Shown: one piece after another, positions 7,715 through 16,312 of the stretch
Numbering within the stretch: the first letter of the stretch is position 1
Layout of the letters: each line of letters opens with the position of its first letter
DNA from: a candidate division WOR-3 bacterium
GTDB taxonomy: Bacteria; SDB-A
DNA length: 45,601 nucleotides
Assembly: GCA_016934535.1 (NCBI GenBank)
Contig: JAFGSQ010000056.1
Coordinates: 62,001 to 107,601 of the forward strand
Reading direction: 5' to 3'
Program-made: the position numbers and the translations under genes
The notes under the pieces: generated by a model
Database searches by the model: none
What the model was told of the DNA's origin: nothing
The model's input: only the letters and a program-made list of their open reading frames with translations

Positions 7715-10678
7715 TCAGTAATTATTACCTGAAAAAACCGCTCCGGATCCGTTTCTGCCGTCCATGAGGACGGTCAATCCTTCGGGGAATTCCACGTGGG
7801 CGCAATATTCTTTTGCACAGGTAATATTCTTCTTTTTGATGATATCCCAGTTTATGAAATCTTTTTCGCTGTTGTAAGGAACTGTCAGATAACCTATGTT
7901 GAGAGTGGTAATGTTGTGAAAAAAATGAGAACCCAGCGAAGGATCTATCTGAAAATCCTTTGTTCCGTATTCGACTATCGTTCTGGCGCCTGAAATCTGG
8001 TTCCATTTGACAGGTATCCCCAGGAACCTGTCGCTCGTCCCCCATCTTCCAGGGCCTATCAGGAGATAAGGCTTTTTCGCGTCTTTTAGCTTCTGATTGA
8101 AGTGTTCTACTTCTTCGGCGATTTTGAGCGTTTCCATCTTTTTGAACTTTTCGGGAAAAACGAAAACTACGTCTTTTATTCCTTCCACTTTGCCGTTTCC
8201 CAGGGTTTGTGTTGTCGATATGAAAACGTTTTTACCTTCGAGCTCCGAGGAGTCAATTTCGTAATTGTCGAAATTTCTTATGAAAGGCTTGAGCTGGAGA
8301 ATGTAAAAAACGGGTTTTTTACCGAGTTCGACCGCGAATTCAATTTCAACGGGTGTTCCGAGAGCGGTTTTAAAGACTGCGAGAAGTTTTTGAAGAACGT
8401 CAGAAAGTGGAAAAGATTCGTATTTCAATATGTTTGCAAAATTTATTATTCTCGGTCCATCGGTTCCCAGGTATCCGGAAAACCTGTTGTTCTGCCAGTC
8501 CCAGACTGAAGCAACATCTTTCAGAGCGCCGTCTTTTTCAGCGTCTTCGAGGGAGGATTTTACAAGGGTGATGTCTTCGCCGAGAGAAAGATCGAAATCG
8601 CTTTTTCCCATATCGAGCGCCCAGAAATAGGTCTGTGAATTTTTAAGCTGGTCGTCAGATGAATAAAAGTCGATTTTTGGGTGCTTGGGGCAGAACCTGA
8701 AAGCCCTGTCGCCGTCTACGACGTATGTTCCAAGGCCAAGAGCAACGACCGCGATGCCGTCTTCCGGTTTTATATAGGAAACAGGATAGTAATTGTATGA
8801 CTGGGCGACTCCGGAAAATGACGGATAAAACCTTCCGTTAACCGAATTTCCGACCAGTTTCTGTATGACAACAGCCATTTTTTCTTCTTCTATGTTGTAG
8901 CCGATGGATTCGAAATAGGTCTTGGCGACCTTGGAATAAACCGAAGAGTAAACAAGTTTTACAGCGTCCGTGAACTGCTTGTATCTGATCTCGAAATTGT
9001 AATTGGAGTTTGGTATTATGTATGTCTCGTAAATGCCTGAAAAGGGGTGGGATATCGAGTCTTCGAAAACCGCTGTAGATCTGACTGCGAGAGGATGGTT
9101 GATTTTCTGAAGAAGTATCCTGAATTTTTTTTCGAGATCCTCAGGAAGCGAAGAAGAAAGAAATTTTTGTTTGATTTTTTCATGGTCGTCCTCTTCAATG
9201 GCAAATTCCAGAAGGTCGTTTTTTTCGATGAACTGGTCGAATGAATCCGTACCGACCAGGTATGTTTTCGGTATTCTGATGCTTGCACCCTGCACTGAGT
9301 TTTCAAGAGCGCTGTTTTGAAGAAGTGAACTGATAAAAGCGATTCCCCTTCCTTTGCCTCCGAGTGCTCCCGCCGAAAGCCTCACAATGCTGTCTCCTTC
9401 GGTGAGGTATTTGTCGTCGAAATTGATTATTTTTCCCTTCGATTTTTTGTATTCTACAAGCTTTGTCATATTGGACAAATGGAACTTGATTTCTCTGGGG
9501 CTTTCAAAATCGACTGTTTTCATCCTGCGCAAGCTTTCGGCAATTTTAAATTCGCCTCTGGCAGCGAACCATGTCGAAAAATCATTTCTTTCGAAATGGT
9601 AAAAAATGGAATCTTCGGGTATTTTTTCTATTTTTTTCTCGAAATCGTCCAAATTGAGAGCTTCGTCGAGAATATCACCCGTATCATTCTTGAACAAAAA
9701 AGGGCCGAAACCGAGTTCATTTTTGATGAAATCTCTGACCTGGGTTGAGAGCCGGTCAGAATTTTTGTCAATAAAAGAAACTTTCAAATCTTTCGCTTTT
9801 TCTGCCGTCGAGGGTTCCGAAGATTGAAGAAGAGCTATGAGGTCGGGAGAAGTTTTCCTGAATTCTTCGATCAAGGAAATGCCTGCCGATTCGTCCAGAA
9901 AACCTTCTTTGGGAAAACGGCGGTCCGTAATAAGGCACATCAGGTAATTTTTGAAATTGGTAAAAATTGTCCGGGCTTCCTCGAAATTCATGGCGAGGAG
10001 GACCTTGGGCCGGGTCTTGTATCTTGTTATCTTTCTCGTTTCGTCGAATTTCTCTTCGGTTATCAGAGTGTGTGTCTGTTTTATTATTTCACGGTACAGA
10101 AGCGGAAGATATTTTGAATAATAGACCGGCGAGTCTTCGACAAGAAGGATTATCCTGACAGAAGCGAGAGAGGTGTCGTTTAAAGCGTTTTTATAATCTT
10201 CGACATATTTGCTCATCGCCAGGAATATTTTCGCGTCGCCGTTCCAGATGAAAATCTTGTCTATGGCGCTTGGTCTGTCTTTCCACTGTTCGACGATCTT
10301 TATGTCGGAATTGTCGTTTAACAGAAGAAACACCGGCAAATCGGGATCTAATTCCCTTATTGAAAGACTGGTTTCGTAAGGTTGAAAGTCGTCTATTCTC
10401 ATTGTCAGTATTACAAGATCGATTTTTTTTTCTTTTATCGCCTGAACAGCTTTTTCCTTGGAATAGACAGAAGTTATTCTCGGCGCGTCCGCCAGGCTGA
10501 TTTTGAAATACTCTTCGAACAGCATGTCACTGAGAAGTCCTTCTTCTTCAAGAATATAAGAATCGTACAACGTCGCGACGAGTAGAATTTCTCTTATCTT
10601 GAAAGGAGAAAGTCCACGGTTTATGTCGGAGCTTATCCTGAGATTTTCCTCGTATTGAGTGAGTTCAAAGTCTGACAT
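7715..10678 (-). CDS. Receiver-domain-containing PEP synthase/PPDK-like ATP-grasp protein (no C-terminal pyruvate-binding barrel)
   Basis: REC-like EILLVATLYD and IILLVEDSP...LITD...LQSS...IDK; helical linker SIFYHFERNDFSTWF; ATP-grasp LGGKGRG, LAVRSTAVFED, MAVVIQKLVG, PVEIEFA, ILQLKP; C-terminal GPGRWG...GSHFFHN. Confidence 0.85.
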   Translation of the reverse strand: MSDFELTQYEENLRISSDINRGLSPFKIREILLVATLYDSYILEEEGLLSDMLFEEYFKISLADAPRITSVYSKEKAVQAIKEKKIDLVILTMRIDDFQPYETSLSIRELDPDLPVFLLLNDNSDIKIVEQWKDRPSAIDKIFIWNGDAKIFLAMSKYVEDYKNALNDTSLASVRIILLVEDSPVYYSKYLPLLYREIIKQTHTLITEEKFDETRKITRYKTRPKVLLAMNFEEARTIFTNFKNYLMCLITDRRFPKEGFLDESAGISLIEEFRKTSPDLIALLQSSEPSTAEKAKDLKVSFIDKNSDRLSTQVRDFIKNELGFGPFLFKNDTGDILDEALNLDDFEKKIEKIPEDSIFYHFERNDFSTWFAARGEFKIAESLRRMKTVDFESPREIKFHLSNMTKLVEYKKSKGKIINFDDKYLTEGDSIVRLSAGALGGKGRGIAFISSLLQNSALENSVQGASIRIPKTYLVGTDSFDQFIEKNDLLEFAIEEDDHEKIKQKFLSSSLPEDLEKKFRILLQKINHPLAVRSTAVFEDSISHPFSGIYETYIIPNSNYNFEIRYKQFTDAVKLVYSSVYSKVAKTYFESIGYNIEEEKMAVVIQKLVGNSVNGRFYPSFSGVAQSYNYYPVSYIKPEDGIAVVALGLGTYVVDGDRAFRFCPKHPKIDFYSSDDQLKNSQTYFWALDMGKSDFDLSLGEDITLVKSSLEDAEKDGALKDVASVWDWQNNRFSGYLGTDGPRIINFANILKYESFPLSDVLQKLLAVFKTALGTPVEIEFAVELGKKPVFYILQLKPFIRNFDNYEIDSSELEGKNVFISTTQTLGNGKVEGIKDVVFVFPEKFKKMETLKIAEEVEHFNQKLKDAKKPYLLIGPGRWGTSDRFLGIPVKWNQISGARTIVEYGTKDFQIDPSLGSHFFHNITTLNIGYLTVPYNSEKDFINWDIIKKKNITCAKEYCAHVEFPEGLTVLMDGRNGSGAVFSGNNY

Positions 10679-13013
10679 CGGTATCGATTCCGTTTAGTTT
10701 TAAAAAACCAATTGCGTAAGAAGAATCGCCATCCATGACTATTTCGCCTGAATAACCTTTGGCCTGTTCTTCAATGTCAATAACCCTTATCACGCTTTCG
10801 AAGAGCTCTTTTTTTCCAGGAGAGAGATTGACGAGTGAAGAAAGACTGTTTTTTGATAAAGTGAAAAAATCATTGTTGAAAACAGAGTTCTCGTCGTCCG
10901 GGTAAAGTGGGAGGTATTTTATCTGTGATTCGACCAGATCCTGGAAAAAATGGGTTCCGAAAGACAGCTCCGGCATGTATCCTTTTTTCTGTTTTGCTAT
11001 TTCGATGAGCATGGCGGTGTTGTTTATGTCGCTGTACGTCACTCTGACGCCGAGTTTGATATCACCCCTGCTTCCCCATCTTCCGGGTCCGGCCAAAATA
11101 AATTTCTTTTTGGGTAGTTCCGAGTTGAGCTGTGAAACTATTTTTCCCACAGTGATCAGATCGTTGAGCTCTTCCATGGAGTCGTATGCGAAAGGGTCTA
11201 TGAAAACTATGTACCGGATGTCTTTTACGAGTGCGTTGGTGACATATTTTTTAGCCGTGAAAAGAATTTTGTCCCGAGGTATGTCGCGCGGCATTGATAC
11301 CGAAATTATCTCTTTTGAATGACTCTGAGGTCTGCACTGGAGCAGGTAAAACTTCTCGGTTGCGGCGTTGAATGCAAATTCGATGTCAACAGGATAACCG
11401 AGAGCTCTCTTGAGAACATCGAGTATCGTTTTAATATAGTTTATGAACCTGCCTTTTTTTATCAAATTCGCAAAGGTGATTACAGGTTCGCCTTTTGAGA
11501 GATCGACGAGGCTTCCGACAGACTGGTGAAGCTGTCCGTCTGAAAACAACGAAACTATGTCGGGCAATCCCGGCAGATTTGTTCCTGCGTCTTCAATGAG
11601 TTTTTCGAGTGATATGGATTCGAATTTTCTGGTCTCGAGGTTAATGACGTCAATGTATTTTTGTGAATAATGGAAGGATTCTTCGGGAGTGGAGTTGACT
11701 TTCAAGCCCGGTTGGCCTGGACACAAAAGAAGGGGATAGTCGTCACCAAGCCTGTCGACGGCTCTGGTTCCGAGTCCCGCGACGAGCCTTATTATTCCGT
11801 CGTCCTTTTTTATCCTCGGCGACCATCTGAACTCGTTGTCTGTGAAGGCTACACCGGCGAAAGCCGGAAGATAGTACTTGCCGATTTTTGTGCCGACGAC
11901 TTCCTGAATCATCAAAGCCATTTCTTCGTTGAAATCCAGCAGGCCGTTCTCTCTCCTGTATTCTATGACGTCCGGGCTGAATACGCTGGAGTAAACTTCC
12001 TCTATTGCATCTATGAGAGCTTCCAGCCTCTCTTTCTTTGTCCCCTGGTTGGAAACGAAAAGGCTTTTGTATTTTCCTGCGAATGCAGCTTCGGGGCTGT
12101 CTTCGAGAAGACTCGACGAGCGGACTATAATTGGGGAATCTCCGAAATCGTCAAGAGCAACGCTGAACATCGAAATGAATTCGAGTGGCATTATCGAGTT
12201 TTTAAAAATCTGTTCGATGTAGGGATACTCTTTCCTGATCTCAAGCGGGTCGTGGTACTTTATCCTCTGGAATTCTTCAAGAGCGTTGGAATGAAGAAAT
12301 TCAAAAATGCCGTCTGAAGTTATGAACCATGTCTTGGGAGTCTGGATTTCACCGAGCACGCTGAATTCTTCGGACTTGCTTTTGAGTATCTGTTTCGCCC
12401 TTATCATTCCCGCGGCTTTTCCTCCCAGTTTGCCGTTGCCTTTCGACGGGCCAATGGTTTTGTTGAGGATGTCAATGAAGTCATCGATTGTAATGTGGTC
12501 CTTAAGAGTGTTTATGTAAGACAGATTGTTGCTCAAAAATCTTCTTATCAGAGCCACCCTCACTCCCAGTCTGTCTTCCTGAGTCAGAGCGTCTTTCAGG
12601 TGAGGCTGTTTGGAAAAAGTGTACAAGGCGTTGTGAATCTCATCGAAAGCGACGTCTCTTTTCTCAGCTGATTTCATAAGGAAATTCAGGTTCTCATTTT
12701 TTATCCACATCCTTATCACATTTGTAATTTCTTCATCTCCGATTTCATCTTCGGCAATTTTAAAGACTTCTCCTATCATTTTTTCCAGAGTTTGTGTGTT
12801 TATTCGCGGATGGGGTTGATTGTCGTCCAGGCTTTCCTCGAAATCGAACATAGTCACGGATTTGTCTATGTTAAGGACTATGTTTTCAATTTTCGTAATG
12901 TCTTTTTTAAACAGGTAGTTCATCATTCTTCTGCCGAGCCTCTTGTACAGCACAGGATTCGCCTCTTCGAGAAGATCTATTATTATTCTCCACTCAGGTT
13001 TATTTGAGGACAT
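10665..13013 (-). CDS. PEP synthase/PPDK-like ATP-grasp protein (no C-terminal pyruvate-binding barrel)
   Basis: LGGKAAGM, IIVRSSSLLED...FAGKYKS, MALMIQEVVG, PVDIEFAF, LLQCRPQ; C-terminal GPGRWG...GTHFFQD; ~185-aa N-terminal extension. Confidence 0.85.
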   Translation of the reverse strand: MSSNKPEWRIIIDLLEEANPVLYKRLGRRMMNYLFKKDITKIENIVLNIDKSVTMFDFEESLDDNQPHPRINTQTLEKMIGEVFKIAEDEIGDEEITNVIRMWIKNENLNFLMKSAEKRDVAFDEIHNALYTFSKQPHLKDALTQEDRLGVRVALIRRFLSNNLSYINTLKDHITIDDFIDILNKTIGPSKGNGKLGGKAAGMIRAKQILKSKSEEFSVLGEIQTPKTWFITSDGIFEFLHSNALEEFQRIKYHDPLEIRKEYPYIEQIFKNSIMPLEFISMFSVALDDFGDSPIIVRSSSLLEDSPEAAFAGKYKSLFVSNQGTKKERLEALIDAIEEVYSSVFSPDVIEYRRENGLLDFNEEMALMIQEVVGTKIGKYYLPAFAGVAFTDNEFRWSPRIKKDDGIIRLVAGLGTRAVDRLGDDYPLLLCPGQPGLKVNSTPEESFHYSQKYIDVINLETRKFESISLEKLIEDAGTNLPGLPDIVSLFSDGQLHQSVGSLVDLSKGEPVITFANLIKKGRFINYIKTILDVLKRALGYPVDIEFAFNAATEKFYLLQCRPQSHSKEIISVSMPRDIPRDKILFTAKKYVTNALVKDIRYIVFIDPFAYDSMEELNDLITVGKIVSQLNSELPKKKFILAGPGRWGSRGDIKLGVRVTYSDINNTAMLIEIAKQKKGYMPELSFGTHFFQDLVESQIKYLPLYPDDENSVFNNDFFTLSKNSLSSLVNLSPGKKELFESVIRVIDIEEQAKGYSGEIVMDGDSSYAIGFLKLNGIDTDVRL

Positions 13014-13031
13014 TGTTCACTCCGTGTTGAG

Positions 13032-13060
13032 AAAAAACAGGGGCGGAAAATATCCGCCCC
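13032..13060 (-). terminator. Intrinsic terminator/hairpin after gdh
   Basis: Minus strand GGGGCGGA-tattt-TCCGCCCC then TGTTTTTT, 10 nt after the gdh stop. Confidence 0.75.
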
Positions 13061-13070
13061 AAAAATTGGA

Positions 13071-14357
13071 TCAGACCCAGCCTCTCACCCTGCATGATTC
13101 GGCGACTCTTTGGACAGAAATCATGTAGGCGGCGTCTCTCATGTATAAATTCTGTTTTTTGGCAAGGTCGGCTACGGCGCGGTATGCCGCTGTCATTTTC
13201 GTGTCCAGGTTTTTGAGAACTTCTTCTTTAGTCCAGAAATAGTTCATGTTGCATTGAACCTGCTCGAAGTAACTGCAGGTCACTCCGCCTGCATTGGCCA
13301 GAAAATCAGGCACGATGTATATGTTTTTTTCTTTCATATATTTGTCTGCTTCAGGAGTAGTGGGTCCGTTGGCTCCTTCCGCAATGAGTTTGACTGAAGG
13401 TTTGATCTTTGCGACATTGTCACCGGTTATCTGGTTTTCGAGGGCCGCAGGGACAAGTATTTCAGCTTCCTGTTCGAGCCATGCCTCTCCGGGAAGGACT
13501 TCATAGCCGAGAGATTTGGCTTTTTCCTTGTTAATCCCTCCGAATCTGTCCGTAATGTCACGCAGTTCATCTATGTCGAATCCCTTTGTTTTCTTGAATG
13601 AATAAGAGGTCTGATCTTCCTGATCCCAGCAGGAGACACAAACAGGCGTTCCTCCGTATTCGACGTACAGACGGATTGCGTACTGGCTGACGTTGCCGAA
13701 TCCCTGGAATGAAGCTCTCGTTTTTTTTATGTCGAGACCGAGATCCTTGAGGGCTTCCCTGACAGTGTACATAACGCCGTATCCGGTGGCTTCCGTTCTG
13801 CCGAGAGAGCCTCCTACGCCGACAGGTTTGCCGGTTATCATGCCTGGATATTTTCCGGAATGAATTCTCTCGTATTCGTCGAGCATCCATATCATGTGCT
13901 GACCGGAGGTCATCACGTCAGGAGCCGGCACATCCTGCAGAGGACCTATTTCGTATGATATCTGCCTGACCCATCCTCTGCAAATACCTTCCTGTTCTCT
14001 TTCTGAAAGATGATGCGGGTCACAAATAACTCCCCCTTTTCCCCCTCCGAGAGGAATGTCCACAACCGAACACTTCCATGTCATCCACATCGCCAGAGCT
14101 CTCACAGTGTCGAGCGTTTCAAGCGGGTGAAACCTGATTCCGCCTTTACAAGGTCCTCTCGAATCGTTGTGCTGGACTCTGAACCCTCTGAAAACCTTGA
14201 CCGAACCGTCGTCCATCCTTACCGGGATGCTGAATGAATATTCTCTCAGGGGAGTGCGCAGCAAGTCCCTTGTGGCTTGATCTAAACCGAGTTTTTCGGC
14301 CGTGTTGTCGAATTGCTGCTGAGCCATTTTGTACGCGTTGAAAGACTTTTCAGACAC
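13071..14357 (-). CDS. gdhA: Glutamate dehydrogenase (Glu/Leu/Phe/Val dehydrogenase family)
   Basis: GFRVQHN, KGGIRF, MTWK, GGGKGG, DVPAPDV, GRTEATGYG, QGFGNV, EGANGP, ANAGGVTCSYFE. Start placed at GTG 14357, 5 nt after GGAGG (14363-14367). Confidence 0.93.
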   Translation of the reverse strand: MSEKSFNAYKMAQQQFDNTAEKLGLDQATRDLLRTPLREYSFSIPVRMDDGSVKVFRGFRVQHNDSRGPCKGGIRFHPLETLDTVRALAMWMTWKCSVVDIPLGGGKGGVICDPHHLSEREQEGICRGWVRQISYEIGPLQDVPAPDVMTSGQHMIWMLDEYERIHSGKYPGMITGKPVGVGGSLGRTEATGYGVMYTVREALKDLGLDIKKTRASFQGFGNVSQYAIRLYVEYGGTPVCVSCWDQEDQTSYSFKKTKGFDIDELRDITDRFGGINKEKAKSLGYEVLPGEAWLEQEAEILVPAALENQITGDNVAKIKPSVKLIAEGANGPTTPEADKYMKEKNIYIVPDFLANAGGVTCSYFEQVQCNMNYFWTKEEVLKNLDTKMTAAYRAVADLAKKQNLYMRDAAYMISVQRVAESCRVRGWV

Positions 14358-14520
14358 AAACACCTCCTAAAAAAGTTAAAAATAAATATGCAGATTATGC
14401 AATTTTATGATATTTTGTCGAATAAGTTAATAGGAATAGAAATTTTTAAAAGATTAAATATTTCCGGAATAGTATTTTAAATTATGTGTGTAACTTACAG
14501 TATACCGGGAGAAGTGAATA

Positions 14521-14955
14521 ATGAATATTGTATTCAGAAAATATGAAGACAGCGACCACGAAAATCTTGTCAAGCTTTGGGAAAAAAGCGGTTTACCGTA
14601 CAAACTGAGCGGCAGGGACGGAAAAAGCTTGACCCTGAAACAGTCTCTTCTTGAAAATGTCTGTTATTATCTCGCTGAAATCGATGGAAAAGTCGTGGGC
14701 AGTGTTTTCGCGACGCATGACGGCAGGAAAGGATGGGTCAACAGGCTCGCAGTCGATCCGGATTTCGGGGGAAAAGGTATCGCCGGACTGCTCGTGGAAA
14801 AAGCAGAAGAATGGTTCCGAAGTAAAAGCATAAAAGTTTACGCCTGCCTGATAAATGAGGAAAACGAAAGGTCCAAGAGAGTTTTTGAAAAAATGGGTTA
14901 CTCTCTGAAAGACCACATAAAATATTTTGTCAAAAAACCTGCCGGCGATGTCTGA
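14521..14955 (+). CDS. GNAT family N-acetyltransferase (YpeA-like)
   Basis: GSVFATHDGRKGWVNRLAVDPDFGGKGIA; N...F..MGY motif B. Confidence 0.9.
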   Translation: MNIVFRKYEDSDHENLVKLWEKSGLPYKLSGRDGKSLTLKQSLLENVCYYLAEIDGKVVGSVFATHDGRKGWVNRLAVDPDFGGKGIAGLLVEKAEEWFRSKSIKVYACLINEENERSKRVFEKMGYSLKDHIKYFVKKPAGDV

Positions 14956-15622
14956 AATGTTTCGGATTAAAACCCCTTTTCTCGCCGTTTTCGACATGGA
15001 CGGAACGCTTTACAGATCCGATGCTTCGTTTATTCCCGCCGTAAAATCTCTTCTTTCGAACAACGGCTTAGAAGTACCGGCCGACGATTTCCTGTTTTCT
15101 TTCATTGGGGAGCCCGACAGCGTTTTTATTGATTGGCTGGCGAAATTATCTTCAAACGGAAACGCTGACTCTCTTTACAATGAATTTCAAAGAAGCGAAT
15201 TGAACATGGTAAGAGAAAGGGGAGAATTGTATGACGGAGTCCTCTCTCTTCTTGACTGGCTCAAAGAAAACGGTTTCACATTGGCCGTTTGTTCAAACGC
15301 TACAAAAGTTTATATTGATACGGTACTGGAGAAGTTCAGACTAACCGAACTATTTTCGGCAGTGAGAGTCCCTGCGGGTTCTGAAAGCAAAAAAAAGATG
15401 CTGAAAGAAATCAGTGATCAGTTTTCTCCGGAAATAGGTTTTATGGTGGGAGACAGGATTCACGATATGCAGGCGGCTTTTGAAAACGGATTTGCATTTA
15501 TCGGAGCTCTTTACGGTTTCGGAAGGAAAGAGATAGAGACAGCCGAAAATTGTGCTGAAAGCCCGTTTGAGATTAAGCCTATTTTTGAAAAAAGACTTTC
15601 AGATGCAAAACTTCAGATCTGA
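14948..15622 (+). CDS. HAD-family phosphatase
   Basis: FDMDGTL, VCSNA, MVGDRIHD; ATG 14948 overlaps the GNAT end. Confidence 0.9.
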   Translation: MSEMFRIKTPFLAVFDMDGTLYRSDASFIPAVKSLLSNNGLEVPADDFLFSFIGEPDSVFIDWLAKLSSNGNADSLYNEFQRSELNMVRERGELYDGVLSLLDWLKENGFTLAVCSNATKVYIDTVLEKFRLTELFSAVRVPAGSESKKKMLKEISDQFSPEIGFMVGDRIHDMQAAFENGFAFIGALYGFGRKEIETAENCAESPFEIKPIFEKRLSDAKLQI

Positions 15623-16312
15623 ATCTTCAATTTTGAATACGGTTTCTTTCTTGCCTGCGTCAAACCACATTGATCCATCATCTTCCTGAAAGCCTATTTT
15701 TCCACGGAATGGTTTTGACAAATAGAAGTCGATAATCGAAAAAGGAAGCTTGGGACAGGCGTGAAAAAAAATCGATGAACTTACGCATTGAATACCTGAA
15801 AATGCGTAAGTTCTGTACCCGGGATTTGAATACTTGCTGGAAGATGTCTTTCTTTTAAGAAGGAATCCGTTTTCGTCGAACAGAAGATGCCTCATTGTGT
15901 CGCGTTTTTTCACGGACAGTGTAGCCAGGTTTGATGAACCGGCGTGATAATCGTAAAGAGAAAGCAGGTTCGTGTCTGATATGATGTCGACATTGTGGAC
16001 GAGGAATTGCTTGGAATCTTTAAAAAAATTTCTGGCATTGAAAATACCTCCTCCCGTACCCAATGGGAAACTCTCTTCTCTATAGAAGGATATCTCGGCC
16101 CCGAAAAATTTTTTGGACTCAGCGTATGAGATCACGTCGTCGGCGAAATGATGGACGTTTACTGCAATTTCTTTGAAACCCTGGCTGACGAGCTTGCGAG
16201 CGACGATTTCAATCAAAGGAATACCTTTGATTCTGACGAGAGCTTTTGGAGTATTTCGCGTCATCGGCATCAGTCTTTTACCGAATCCTGCGGCGAGAAT
16301 CATTGCCTTCAC
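15599..16312 (-). CDS. Sugar-phosphate nucleotidyltransferase (MurU-like)
   Basis: KAMILAAGFGKRLMPMT..TPKAL, LGTGGG, VHNVDI, AFSGIQ, WFDAG; GTG 16312 in a GTGA overlap with the upstream stop. Confidence 0.85.
   Translation of the reverse strand: MKAMILAAGFGKRLMPMTRNTPKALVRIKGIPLIEIVARKLVSQGFKEIAVNVHHFADDVISYAESKKFFGAEISFYREESFPLGTGGGIFNARNFFKDSKQFLVHNVDIISDTNLLSLYDYHAGSSNLATLSVKKRDTMRHLLFDENGFLLKRKTSSSKYSNPGYRTYAFSGIQCVSSSIFFHACPKLPFSIIDFYLSKPFRGKIGFQEDDGSMWFDAGKKETVFKIEDSDLKFCI

Noticed and set aside
7715-13013. Calling the two ATP-grasp genes ppsA/ppdK, or a split pseudogene
   Set aside because: Each has its own complete ATP-grasp domain, neither has the pyruvate-binding barrel, and both frames are intact.
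14364-14520. AT-rich intergenic region as a possible sRNA, riboswitch or origin
   Set aside because: No stable hairpin or repeated boxes seen; consistent with divergent promoters (weak TCGACA-16-CATAAT toward gdh).
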